The notes beneath the pieces are model-generated. The model was not told the origin of the DNA, searched no databases, and saw nothing but the letters and a program-made list of their open reading frames with translations. A DNA stretch of 64,000 bases, from the NCBI GenBank assembly GCA_951406725.2, contig OX597841.1, positions 17,546,001 through 17,610,000 on the forward strand, in the 5' to 3' direction. A program made the position numbers and the translations under genes. The first letter of the stretch is position 1, and each line of letters begins with the position of its first letter. The stretch is from Octopus vulgaris (lineage: Eukaryota). This document shows, piece after piece, positions 1 to 11,343 of the stretch.

Positions 1-454
1 TCTCTCTCTCTCTCTGTGAGCATGTTTCTCTTCATGAGTGTGAGGAGAGAGAAAGTATTTATGTCAATTATGTTCAATTAATAATTCATGTCTCTCTCTC
101 CCTTTCTCTCTCAAACACACACTTTCTATCTGTAAATGCATATTTCTGCAAGCCTGGTGCGTGTGAGTGTGTTCCACCACCAAAGAATGCACTGTTGCCT
201 GCTCAAACAGGTCTATCAGCTTGTCTCATCGTCTGCATCTAAAACAGCTGTGCCAAATTGTCTCATTCCGAGCATGGAGGGAGAGAAAGAGAGAGAGAGA
301 GAGAGAGAGTGGGGGGGGAGAGAGAGAGAAAGAGAGAAAGAACAAAAGATGAGGAAAGACAGAGAGAAGCAGAGAGAGAGTTTGGAAGCTTTACATGTCA
401 CCAGACACAAAGTGAAAAGAACAACAGGCAGACTCTCCTAAACAGGTTTGTCTG

Positions 455-469
455 ATTTGCATAACAATG
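455..469 (-). promoter_or_regulatory. Perfect Sox-POU (Sox/Oct) composite motif within TAAT-rich unique DNA
   Basis: ATTTGCATAACAATG is the reverse complement of CATTGTTATGCAAAT, the canonical composite consensus. Many TAAT/ATTA sites lie at 478-585. Confidence 0.5.
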
Positions 470-653
470 CGCGGATTGATAATGAGGAGTAATTAATTCA
501 GAGCAATTAAGTCAGAGCTACTATACAAGTAATTAATAAACGATTCAACATGTAATATAAATGTTAGGTATTCATTTGCTAATTGTTTCTTTCTTTTGTT
601 TCATTCTTGCATGGTTTAGGCCAGGGTTTGGGGGACATTTTTAACCAATTACC

Positions 654-1252
654 TATTTCTTTATTACCCACAAGGGGCTAAACACAGAGGGGACAAACAA
701 GGACAGACATAGGTATTAAGTCGATTACGTCGACTCCAGTGCGTAACTGGTACTTAATTTATCGACACCGAAAGGATGAAAGGCAAAGTCGACCTCGGCG
801 GAATTTGAACTCAGAACGTAAAGACAGACGAAATACCTATTTCTTTACAACCCACAAGGGGCTAAACACAGAGGGGACAAACAAGGACAGACATAGGTAT
901 TAAGTCGATTACGTCGACTCCAGTGCGTAACTGGTACTTAATTTATTGACCCCGAAAGGATGAAAGGCAAAGTCGACCTCGGTGGAATTTGAACTCAGAA
1001 CGTAACGCAGACGAAATACCTATAAGCTTTACTACCCACAAGGGGCTAAACACTGAGGGGACAAACAAGGACAGACATAGGTATTAAGTCGATTACATCA
1101 ACCCCAGTGCATAACTGGTACTTAATTTATCGACCCTGAAAGGATGACAGGCAAAGTCGACCTTGGTGGAATTTGAACTCACAACGTAACGCAGACGAAA
1201 TACCGCTAAGCATTTCACCCGGTATGCTAACGTTTCTGCCAGCTCGCCGCCT
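654..1252 (-). mobile_element. tRNA-derived SINE family A (MetaSINE-like body): head plus 3 tandem ~183-bp units
   Basis: Minus-strand head GGCGGCGAGCTGGCAGAA (A box), B box GAGTTCAAATTCC, body GCCTTTCATCCTTTCGGGGTCGATAAATTAAGTACCAG. Many copies in the window. Confidence 0.85.
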
Positions 1253-1264
1253 TTTTAACCGATT

Positions 1265-1822
1265 ACCATCACCATCATCATTTCACGTCCGCTTTCCGTG
1301 CTGGCATGGGTTGGACGGTTTGATCGAGAACTGGTAAGTCGAGGAGCTGCTCCAGGTTCTGATCTGATTTGGCGTGGTTTCTACACTTGGTTGCCCTTCC
1401 TAATGCCAGCCACTCCAAGAGTGTAGTGGGCGCTTTTTACGTGCCACTGGCATGGGTGCCATTGACTGACACCAGCATTGGCCATGACTATGATCTCATT
1501 TGGCTTGTCAGGTCTACACGGGCACGGTATATTGCCAAAGGCCCCTACCACCTATCAGTGCCTCCGTGAGGCCCATGCTGTAATGTGGGTGCCATTTGGA
1601 AGGGCATCCATCTGTAAAAACCCTGCCAAAACTGACCTCACCTGTGCTGATGTTATGTAAAAAGCACATAGTCCAGTCTGTGGGGTGGTCACTGTTAAGA
1701 AGGGTATCCAGCTGTAAAAACCATGCCTAAACCGAAACAGAAGCATGGCGCAGGCTCCTACCTGGCCAGCTCCTGTCAAACAATCCAACCCATGCCAGCA
1801 TGGAAGGAGGACGTTAGATGAC
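1265..1822. mobile_element. Two RTE-LINE 3'UTR fragments (minus ~1265-1450; plus ~1590-1822)
   Basis: They match the 3'UTR of the LINE at 52830-53017 (GAAGGGCATCCA, TCCAACCCATGCCAGCATGGAA...GGACGTTA, GAT tail). Confidence 0.7.
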
Positions 1823-2091
1823 AACGATGATGATGATGATGATGGTGAGGCTGACGATGATGGTGATGATGATGGTGATGGTGATTATGGTGGTGATGAT
1901 GGTGGCAATGATGGTGAGGATAGCAATCATGATGACGATGATGATGGTGATGGCAATGATGGTGAGGATAGTGATGATGATGATGATTATGATGATGATG
2001 ATGGTGATGATGATTATGATGATGATGATGGTGATGATGATGGTGATGATGATGGTGATGATAGCGATGATGATGATGATGATGATGATGT

Positions 2092-2126
<35 letters not shown>

Positions 2127-2166
2127 GTGGTAGTGGTGGTGGTGATGACAATGATGGTGATGATAG

Positions 2167-2200
<34 letters not shown>

Positions 2201-2431
2201 AGTGGTGGTGATGATGATAGCAATGATGGTGATGATGATGATGATGATGACAGCGATGATGATGGTGATGATGGCAATGATGATGATGATGATGATGATG
2301 GTGGTAGTGGTGGTGGTAATGACAATGATGATGGTGATGATGATGGCAATGATGGTGATGATAGTGATGATGATGATGATGATGGTGATGATAATGATGA
2401 AGGCGGTGGTGGTGGTGCTGATGACGATGAT
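1822..2431. repeat. Degenerate (GAT/GGT)n microsatellite grown from an RTE (GAT)n tail
   Basis: Pure trinucleotide tract directly after the RTE 3' end. It explains the poly-D/M/H/S ORFs. Confidence 0.95.
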
Positions 2432-2649
2432 GCCACCCTCTTGATTTGAAGAGAAGAAAAATCATTGATTCTTTGAATTTAAAAGGTTTATTGGATCTGT
2501 TTCTTTGGAAAAAACAATCATAAAAATATAAAAAGTGTAAAACAAATGCAATAAAATTAATTAATATCCTCATTAGGAAACAAAAAGGATTTTTCTGGAA
2601 ACTTTATCCAGTTCAGGTTTTGGAGAAATGGTGTTCTTTTATTTTTTAC

Positions 2650-2853
2650 AGTAATTTGACCGTGGCCATGCTGGAGCACCACCTTTTCGTCGAACAAATC
2701 GAGCCCAGGACTTATTCTTTGTAAGCCTAGGACTTATTCTATCGGTCTCTTTTGCTGAACTGCAAAGTCACGGGGTCATAAACACACCAACGTTGGTTGT
2801 TAAGCGATGGTGGTGGGGAACAAACACTGATACATAAACACACACATATGCAT

Positions 2854-2887
<34 letters not shown>

Positions 2888-3178
2888 ACACATACATGTA
2901 TATATACGACGGGCTTCTTTCAGTTTCCGTCTGCTAAATCCACTCACAAGGCTTTGGTCGGCCCGAGGCTATAGTAGAAGACACTTGCCCAAGGTGTCAC
3001 GCAGTGGGACTGAACCCGGAACCATGTGGTTGAGAAGGTGTCTCTTTGTGTCTGTGTTGTTTTGTTTACATCCCCATAACTTATCAAATTAATTCGTAAG
3101 GATTTGGTCATCCTGAGGCTGTAGTAGAAGACACTTGCCCAAGGTGTCATGAAGTGGGACTGAACCCAGAACCATAAC
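2650..3178 (-). mobile_element. SINE family B (tRNA head, CORE/V-like CCTTGGGCAAGTG motif, internal microsatellite) plus a partial second copy
   Basis: Matches full copies such as 4053-4460 and 9628-10035, which have A box TGGCTGTGTGG and B box GGTTCAGTCCC. Confidence 0.8.
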
Positions 3179-3273
3179 TTTTTTTCCTCATAACTTTCAG
3201 AAAAATGAATACTTTTGTAATGAAATTTTGTAAAAATACCTTTCAGGTGAAGCACATTACGATTATACTGGAA

Positions 3274-4050
3274 TCTTTCGTTACTGCATTTATTTTGAGA
3301 TGCTCTGTGTTTCTTTCAATCAATTTTAAATATAACAAAGAATTTTAGTAAAATAACTTAGTTATCATTCAGCTAGTGTTAGGAACATAAATTATGACTA
3401 AGGTTTGGTGGAAGATTTTAATTCAGAACTTTTGAAAACAAGACATTTGTACTACAGAGCCAGAGGTGGTTTCAGTCAGATTGGTATGAAAAGGGTTAAG
3501 AATTGTTTCTCTATTATATTCTAACCCTTTTGTTACCATATTTCTTTTGAGATGCTGTGTTTCTTTCAATTACTTTAAATATAACAAAGAATTTAGTAAA
3601 ATAATTTAGTTATCATTCAGATAGTGTTAGGAGCATAAATTGTGACTAAGGTTTGGTGGAAGGTTTTAATTCAAAATTTATGAAAACAAGACATTTGTTC
3701 TACAGAGCCAGAGGCAGTTTCAGCCGGATTGGTATCGAAAGGGTTAAAAACACCTCTACATTTGGGCAGATGGACATTAGAAGCAGTTGGAAGGGTGTGG
3801 ATCGAAGGAAATTTAGGCTATTATTTCTAGCATATAGAGTGACCACATTGAGGTCTCCTTCTCTCATGTATTCTGCTGATTATTTCTCTTCTTAACCCTT
3901 TTGTTACCATATTTATTTTGAGATGCTTTGTGTTTCTTCCAGTTATTTTAAATATAACAAAGAATTTACTAAAATAACTTAATTATCATTCAGCTAGTGT
4001 TAGGAACATAAATTGTGACTAAGATTTGGTGGAGGATTTTTATTCAGAAC
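3274..4050. mobile_element. Three clustered ~220-bp piggyBac-like MITE copies (about 3274-3495, 3525-3743, 3896-4050 truncated)
   Basis: Ends (T/C)TAA-CCCTTTTGTTACCA ... TGGTATCGAAAGGG-TTAA. TTAA target sites and CCC termini. Confidence 0.75.
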
Positions 4051-4052
4051 TT

Positions 4053-4460
4053 CTCTCTTTTACTCTTTTACTTGTTTCAGTCATTTGACTGCGGCCATGC
4101 TGGAGCACCGCCTTTAGTCGAGCAAATCGACCACGGGACTTATTCTTTGTAAGCCCAGTACTTATTCTATCGATCTCTTTTGCCGAACCGCTAAGTGACG
4201 GGGACGTAAACACACCAGCATCGGTTGTCAAGCAATGCTAGGGGGACAAACACAGACACACAAACACACACGTACATATATATTATACATATATACGACA
4301 GGCTTCTTTCAGTTTCCATCTACCGAATCCACTCACAAGGTATTGGTCGGCCCAGGGCTATAGCAGAAGACACTTGCCCAAGATGCCACGCAGTGGGACT
4401 GAACCCGGAACCATGTGGTTGGTAAGCAAGCTACATACCACACAGCCACTCCTGCGCCTA
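4053..4460 (-). mobile_element. SINE family B, full length
   Basis: Complete head-to-tail copy with internal (CA/TA)n tract. Confidence 0.9.
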
Positions 4461-4849
4461 TATCACTTTATCCTTGGCAGTTGAAGTTTCCTTTTCTAGA
4501 TATATCAGATGTGTGTCAGTTTGTATACGTGTGTGCTCAACAATTTGCGTTATATATTAACTTCTGACATAATCCTAATCTATATCCTCTAAATCGCATT
4601 TGCAGAAAATTTCAATTTGAAAATATCCATTTTTCTGGAAGTTATGAGGAAACAAAGTTGATGAGGAGTGGGCACATTAGAGTAGATGTGTGGATGTAGC
4701 TGTTTGGTAAGAAGCTCGCTTACCAACCATATGGTTCCGGGTTCAGTCCCACTGCGTGGCACCTTCGGCAGGTGTCTTCTACTGTAGCCTCGGACCAGCC
4801 GAAATGTTCTGAGTGGATTTAGTAGACGGAAAGTGAAAGAAGCCTGTCG

Positions 4850-4898
4850 TATATATGTATATATAAATGTATGTATATATATGTATGTATGTATATAC

Positions 4899-4963
<65 letters not shown>

Positions 4964-5000
4964 ATATATATAAATGTATGTATATGTATGTATGTATATA

Positions 5001-5050
<50 letters not shown>

Positions 5051-5117
5051 GGTCCCGGGTTGATTCGGGGTTAACCACAGTAAATAAGGTACTCAAGAAG
5101 CTCCTTCTATATAATAA

Positions 5118-5153
<36 letters not shown>

Positions 5154-5297
5154 GTGTGTATGTGTATATGTATATGTGTGTGTGTGTGTGTGTATACATG
5201 AGTGTGCGTGCGTGCGTGTGTATATTGATACACATATATTTATACGTAGAAACACATGCTTATGTTTTATACACGCATATATATATATATATGTGTG

Positions 5298-5333
<36 letters not shown>

Positions 5334-5827
5334 TGTATGTATATATGAATGTATGTATGTATGTGTTTGTGAGTCTGTTTGGAGAAGGGGAATATTCCTT
5401 GTGTCGGAATATTCCTTGTGTCGGAATATTCCTTGTGTCGGAATATTCCTTGTGTCGGAATATTCCTTGTATCGTATGTCTTGCTTCCCTATTTGTTTGT
5501 TTTTTCGTTTGAAAAAAGTTCGATTCCATGTTTTTGTTTTTATGTTTTCGTTTCTCATTGTGTTCAACGTTTTTTTTTTTGATGTCCTGTACCCATATAT
5601 ACATATGTAGGTGTGTATATATGCATATATTTGTAATTCATATTATTATATATATGTATGTATGTATATGCATATACATGTACACATGCATATTTACACA
5701 CAGACACACACGTGTGTGTGTTTTTATATTTACATATATGTATGTATAAATAAAAATATGTCTGTATAATTCAGGTAAACCTCGTACCTTTCATTTAAGA
5801 ACACTTATGTTGTCATTTGTATACGTA

Positions 5828-5889
<62 letters not shown>

Positions 5890-5914
5890 CCTACGTACCT
5901 ATCTATTTATCTGC

Positions 5915-5965
<51 letters not shown>

Positions 5966-6124
5966 CCTACCTACCTACCTACCTACCTGTCTGTCTGTCT
6001 ATCTATCTACCTCTACCTACCTACCTACCTACAGCAGCCCTGTGTGGCTAATAAAGAAACATATATACCTACATACTTACCTACCTACCTACCTGTCTAT
6101 CTATCTACCTACCTACCTACCTAC

Positions 6125-6175
<51 letters not shown>

Positions 6176-6280
6176 ACGCTACCCCCTTTTTTTCATCCCC
6201 CAAAAGAAAAGCTCTACCTTGTAACTTGTCCCATCTGTGTGCAGCCCTGTGTGGCCAATAAAGAAACTTATCTATCTATC

Positions 6281-6319
<39 letters not shown>

Positions 6320-6320
6320 G

Positions 6321-6382
<62 letters not shown>

Positions 6383-6400
6383 CATCTATCTGTGTTTATA
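4850..6400. repeat. Compound microsatellites (TA, TG, TATG, TCTA, CCTA)
   Basis: Direct inspection. Confidence 0.95.
5389..5470. repeat. 17-bp minisatellite GGAATATTCCTTGTGTC, about 5 copies
   Basis: Exact tandem copies, each holding the palindrome GGAATATTCC. Confidence 0.9.
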
Positions 6401-6779
6401 TATGTATATACGTATAACAAAAACAAACAAACAACGACTATACCTGCATTCAATTCTTTAGATCCGCGCCTTTCTTCACAAATCAGATACACAACTTGTC
6501 AGGTGTTTACGCGAAGGATTTTTTTACAAACGTTTCCAAACGTTACAGGTGTATCGCGGTGTCCAGGGCCAATCGACGAACTGTGTAACTACAAACAGTA
6601 GCATCGATCGTTTATTTCGAGGTTATGACAGCATTCACTCCGAATATGTGTGTCAACCAACTAAATTTACCTGTATCTACCTACCTATGTATATATATTC
6701 ACACAGGTAGATACGCTCACGTCAAAGCTGTATATACTTGGTTTATTTCCTTGTAGTATGAAAATATAGCACATGTATA

Positions 6780-6815
<36 letters not shown>

Positions 6816-6899
6816 TACACACGAGTCACTGGCTTTCAGAGACACACGGTCGTGTCACAGAGGTCGGGACAACCAGCCAACCAGCCAGGCAACCAGCAA

Positions 6900-6942
6900 G
6901 TCAACCTCCGCCGCCGTCGCTTTGGACGGCGGCGGAGGTGAC
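6900..6942. other. GC-rich perfect 15-bp hairpin in a CpG-rich island
   Basis: ACCTCCGCCGCCGTC-GCTTTG-GACGGCGGCGGAGGT (6904-6918 / 6925-6939). Confidence 0.85.
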
Positions 6943-7002
6943 GACGACCCGACTCGGTCCATCTACGCTCTTTGTTGACAAGTAAAGGTAGGGGAGGGGT
7001 TT

Positions 7003-8177
7003 GGATACTGCTAGCGAACAGTGCTCCCGGTGAGCGCAAACTCGCACTCGCGCATCCGCGCTAGCTAGTCGTAAGTAGTCGATCCTACAGCAACTTTTTA
7101 ACCCTAACCCTAAACCTAATTTTTTTAACCCTAGCCCTAAACCTAATTTTTTAACCCTAACCCTAAACCTAATATTTTAACCCTAAACCTAAACCTAATT
7201 TTTTAACCCTAACCCTAAACCTAATTTTTTAACCCTAAACCTAAACCTAATTTTTTAACCCTAACCCTAAACCTAATATTTTAACCCTAAACCTAAACCT
7301 AATTTTTTAACCCTAACCCTAAACCTAATATTTTAACCCTAAACCTAAACCTAATTTTTTAACCCTAACCCTAAAACTAATATTTTAACCCTAAACCTAA
7401 ACCTAATTTTTTAACCCTAACCCTAAACCTAATATTTTAACCCTAAACCTAAACCTAATTTTTTAACCCTAACCCTAAACCTAATATTTTAACCCTAAAC
7501 CTAAACCTAATTTTTTAACCCTAACCCTAAACCTAATATTTTAACCCTAAACCTAAACCTAATTTTTTAACCCTAACCCTAAACCTAATATTTTAACCCT
7601 AAACCTAAACCTAATTTTTTAACCCTAACCCTAAACCTAATATTTTAACCCTAAACCTAAACCTAATTTTTTAACCCTAACCCTAAACCTAATATTTTAA
7701 CCCTAAACCTAAACCTAATTTTTTAACCCTAACCCTAAACCTAATATTTTAACCCTAAACCTAAACCTAATTTTTTAACCCTAACCCTAAACCTAATATT
7801 TTAACCCTAAACCTAAACCTAATTTTTTAACCCTAACCCTAAACCTAATATTTTAACCCTAAACCTAAACCTAATTTTTTAACCCTAACCCTAAACCTAA
7901 TTTTTTAACCCTAAACCTAAACCTAATTTTTAAACCCTAAACCTAAACCCTAAACCTAATTTTTTAACCCTAACCCTAAACCTAATTTTTTAACCCTAAC
8001 CCTAACCCTAAACCTAATTTTTAAACCCTAAACCTAATTTTTTAACTCTAACCTTAGTTTGCTTATAAAAATAATTTATTTACTTAGTTTAAAAAACTAT
8101 TTAGGATCGACTAATTACGACTAGGTAGCACGGAAGCGCGAGTGCGCGCACCGGGACCACTGTTCGCTAGTAGTACC
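7003..8177. mobile_element. Non-autonomous TIR transposon (Merlin-like) with an internal telomere-like 26-bp minisatellite
   Basis: Imperfect TIRs of ~80 bp, GGTACTACTAGCGAACAGTGG...; near-TSD GAGGGGTTT / GAGGGTTT; GGTAC fits the Merlin GGNRM terminus. Array at 7095-8055. Confidence 0.7.
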
Positions 8178-8369
8178 GAGGGTTTGTGGGGTATGAGGTG
8201 GGGACATGGATGGGGATATGGAGGGAGATATCGAGGGTTGAGGTGCGGGTGGTATGTTTGTCGGTTCCTTCATACCACACCGAGGGGATCACCTTCAACA
8301 TCGATCCGACCACCAGTTTTAGAATGGGAGACACAAAAAAAACAAAAACAAAAATAGGTGAAAAAGTAA

Positions 8370-9395
8370 TTCACCACCACCACCACCACCACCGTCATTA
8401 TCATCATCATCATCATCGAAACAACCACCAACGGCAATACACACACCAATAACGCAGCTAGCCCCCCCCACCACCATCGTAACCACAGCCACCATTGCTC
8501 GTCAAGTGCAACACCACACCACCAGCACCACCACCACTACCACCGCCAACACCACTATCACCATCACTATCAACAGCACAGCTACCACCACTACCACTAC
8601 CACTACCACTACCACTACCACTATCACCACTACCACCACTACCACTACCACCACCACTACCACCTCCACCACCACCATCACAATCAGCAGCACAGCTACC
8701 ACCACTACCACCAATACCACCACTACCACTACCACCACCACCACTACCACCACTACAACAACTACCACCACTACCACTACCACCACCACTACTACTACTA
8801 TTACCACCACCACCACCACCACTACCACTACCACCATCCACTACCACCACCACTACCACCACTACCACCACCACCACCACCAACACTACCTGCATCACCG
8901 CCGCCAATTCGGTCGCCGACATCCCTCAAGAGCCATATCTCTGCAACTGCTAAACCACCGTCACACACACACGACCCTCTTTCCACCACCACCACCACCA
9001 CCACCACCACCACCCACTACCACCAATCACCACCACCACCACCACCAACCACCACCACAACAGCTACTATTGTCACCACCGGCACACCTTACCATCGATA
9101 CAATAGAGACAAAAGACCGCTTATTGACTCAACAGAATAAACACCACCACCACCACCACCACCACCACCACTACCACCACCACTACCACCACCACCACCA
9201 CTACCACAAAAACCACCAACACACCATCACCACCACCACCACAACCAGCAACACACCACCACCACCACCACCACCACCACTACCACCATCCACTACCACC
9301 ACCACCACCACCACAACCACCAACACACCACCACTACCACTACCACCACTACCACCACCACCACCACCACCACCACCTCCACCACCATCATCCTC
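8370..9395. repeat. (ACC/ACT/CAT)n low-complexity tract with interspersed unique segments
   Basis: Direct inspection. Coding status unresolved. Confidence 0.85.
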
Positions 9396-9627
9396 ATTAA
9401 CACCCCTAACAGTCGGGTTGTCCCGCAACCGCACCCCGTCACCCTGTCTCTCTTTAGAGATATCAATAAAGTGATACAACAGAGCAATCTCTCTCCTAAG
9501 TGGTGACCTTGACAACATGGCTTTTATAAGTGTGTTCGAATGCAGATAGTTGTTCGTAATATGAAAAAAAAAAACTGTTCGACGAACGGGAACGTGAAAC
9601 TCTGAGTAACAGTTTTTGTGACGTCTT

Positions 9628-10035
9628 AGGCTCAGGAGTGGCTGTGTGGTAAGTGGCTTGCTAACCAGCCACATGGTTCCGGGTTCAGTCCCACTGCGTG
9701 TCACCTTGGGCAAGTGTCTTCTGCTATAGCCGCAGGCCGACCAATGACTTGTGAGTGTATTTGGCAGACGGAAACTGAACGAAGCCCGTCGTATATATGT
9801 ATATGTATGTGTGTGTTTCTGTGTCTGTGTTTGTCCCCCTAGCATTGCTTGACAACCGGTGCTGGTGTGTTTACGTCCCCGTCACTTAGCGGTTCGGCAA
9901 AAGAGATCCGATAGAATAAGTACTGGGCTTACAAAAGAATAAGTCCCGGTGTCGATTTGCTCGACTAAAGGCGGTGCTCCAGCATGGCCACCGTCAAATG
10001 ACTGAAACAAATAAAAGAGTAAAAGAGTAAAAGAG
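9628..10035 (+). mobile_element. SINE family B, full length
   Basis: Head GGCTCAGGAGTGGCTGTGTGG, tail (TAAAAGAG)n. Confidence 0.9.
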
Positions 10036-10104
10036 ATATATGTCGCTAGAAGCTAGGATCACCAAGCATAGATTGGCATATTTCGGTCATATTATGCGGA
10101 GAAA

Positions 10105-10886
10105 TGTGTGGTAAGTGGCTTGCTAACCAACCACATGGTTCCGGGTTCAGTCCCACTGCGTGTCACCCTGGGCATGTGTCTTCTACTATAAGCCTCAGGC
10201 CGACCAATGCCTTGTGAGTGTATTTGGTAGATGGAAACTGAAAGAAGCCCGTCAGCTGGCAGAAACGTTAACACCCCGGGCGAAATGCGTAGCCGTATTT
10301 CGTCTGCCGTTATGTTCTGAGTTCAAATTCCGCCGAGGTTGACTTTGCCTTTCAGCCTTTCGGGGTCGATGAATTAAGTACCAGTTACGCACTGGGGTCG
10401 ATGTAATCGACTTAATCCCTTTGTCTGTCCTTGTTTGTCCCCTTTGTGTTTAGCCCCTTGTGGGTAGTAAAGAAATGGGTATTTTGTCTGCCGTTACGTT
10501 CTGAGTTCAAATTCCGACGAGGTTGACTTCGCCTTTCATCCTTTCGGGGTCGATGAATTAAGTACCAGTTACGCACTGGGGTCGATGTAATCGACTTAAT
10601 CCCTTTGTCTGTCCTTGTTTTTCCCCTCTGTGTTTAGCCCCTTGTGGGTAGTAAATAAATAGGTATTTCGTCTGCTGTTATGTTCTGAGTTCAAATTCCG
10701 CCGAGGCTGACTTTGCCTTTCCTCCTTTCGGGGTCGATAAATTAAGTACCAGTTACGCACTGGGGTCGATGTAATCGACTTAATCCCTTTGTCTGTCCTT
10801 GTTTGTCCCCTTTGTGTGTAGCCCCTTGTGGGTAGTAAAGAAATATATATATATATGTGTGTCTGTCTGTGTGTGTGTGTGTGTGT

Positions 10887-10925
<39 letters not shown>

Positions 10926-11215
10926 GAGTTTGGGTGTCCGTGTTTGTCCCCCCACCATCACTTGACGACCGATGCTAGTGTGTTTACGTTCCTGTAACTT
11001 AGCGGTTCGGCAAAAGAGACCGATAGAATAAGTACTAGGCTTACAAAGAATAAGTCCTGGAGTCGATTTGTTCGACTGAAGGCGGTGCTCTAACATGAAT
11101 AAGTATTAAGTACTAAGCTTACAAACAATGGGGTCATGGGGTCGATCGATTTGCTCGACTAAAGGCGGTGCTCCAGCATGGCCGCAGTCAAAATGACCGA
11201 AACAAGTAAAAATGA
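10105..11215 (+). mobile_element. SINE B interrupted at its microsatellite site by a SINE A trimer (10253-10843)
   Basis: B 5' half 10105-10252, three SINE A units, then B 3' half from ~10925. Confidence 0.8.
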
Positions 11216-11343
11216 ATGGGTAGATTTCTTTTCCAGATCTGCCGTCCTTGGTCAAGAAACCTGAAGGCATCCTCTTGGTCAAAACTTCCTCCACCCAGGG
11301 TAAAAGCTGGTGGCTGTGGTTTGCTCGTCACTATAACCAGCAA

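Noticed and set aside
1745-2573. Long poly-Asp/Met/His/Ser ORFs
   Set aside because: Open in several frames only because of a (GAT)n tract seeded by an RTE tail.
4867-6601. YI/CV/LSIY-rich ORFs (also at 13-17, 47-50 and 53-55 kb)
   Set aside because: Translations of TA, TG and TCTA microsatellites.
7095-8055. True telomere or chromosome-fusion scar
   Set aside because: The repeats are 26-bp units enclosed by transposon TIRs, not pure (TTAGGG)n.
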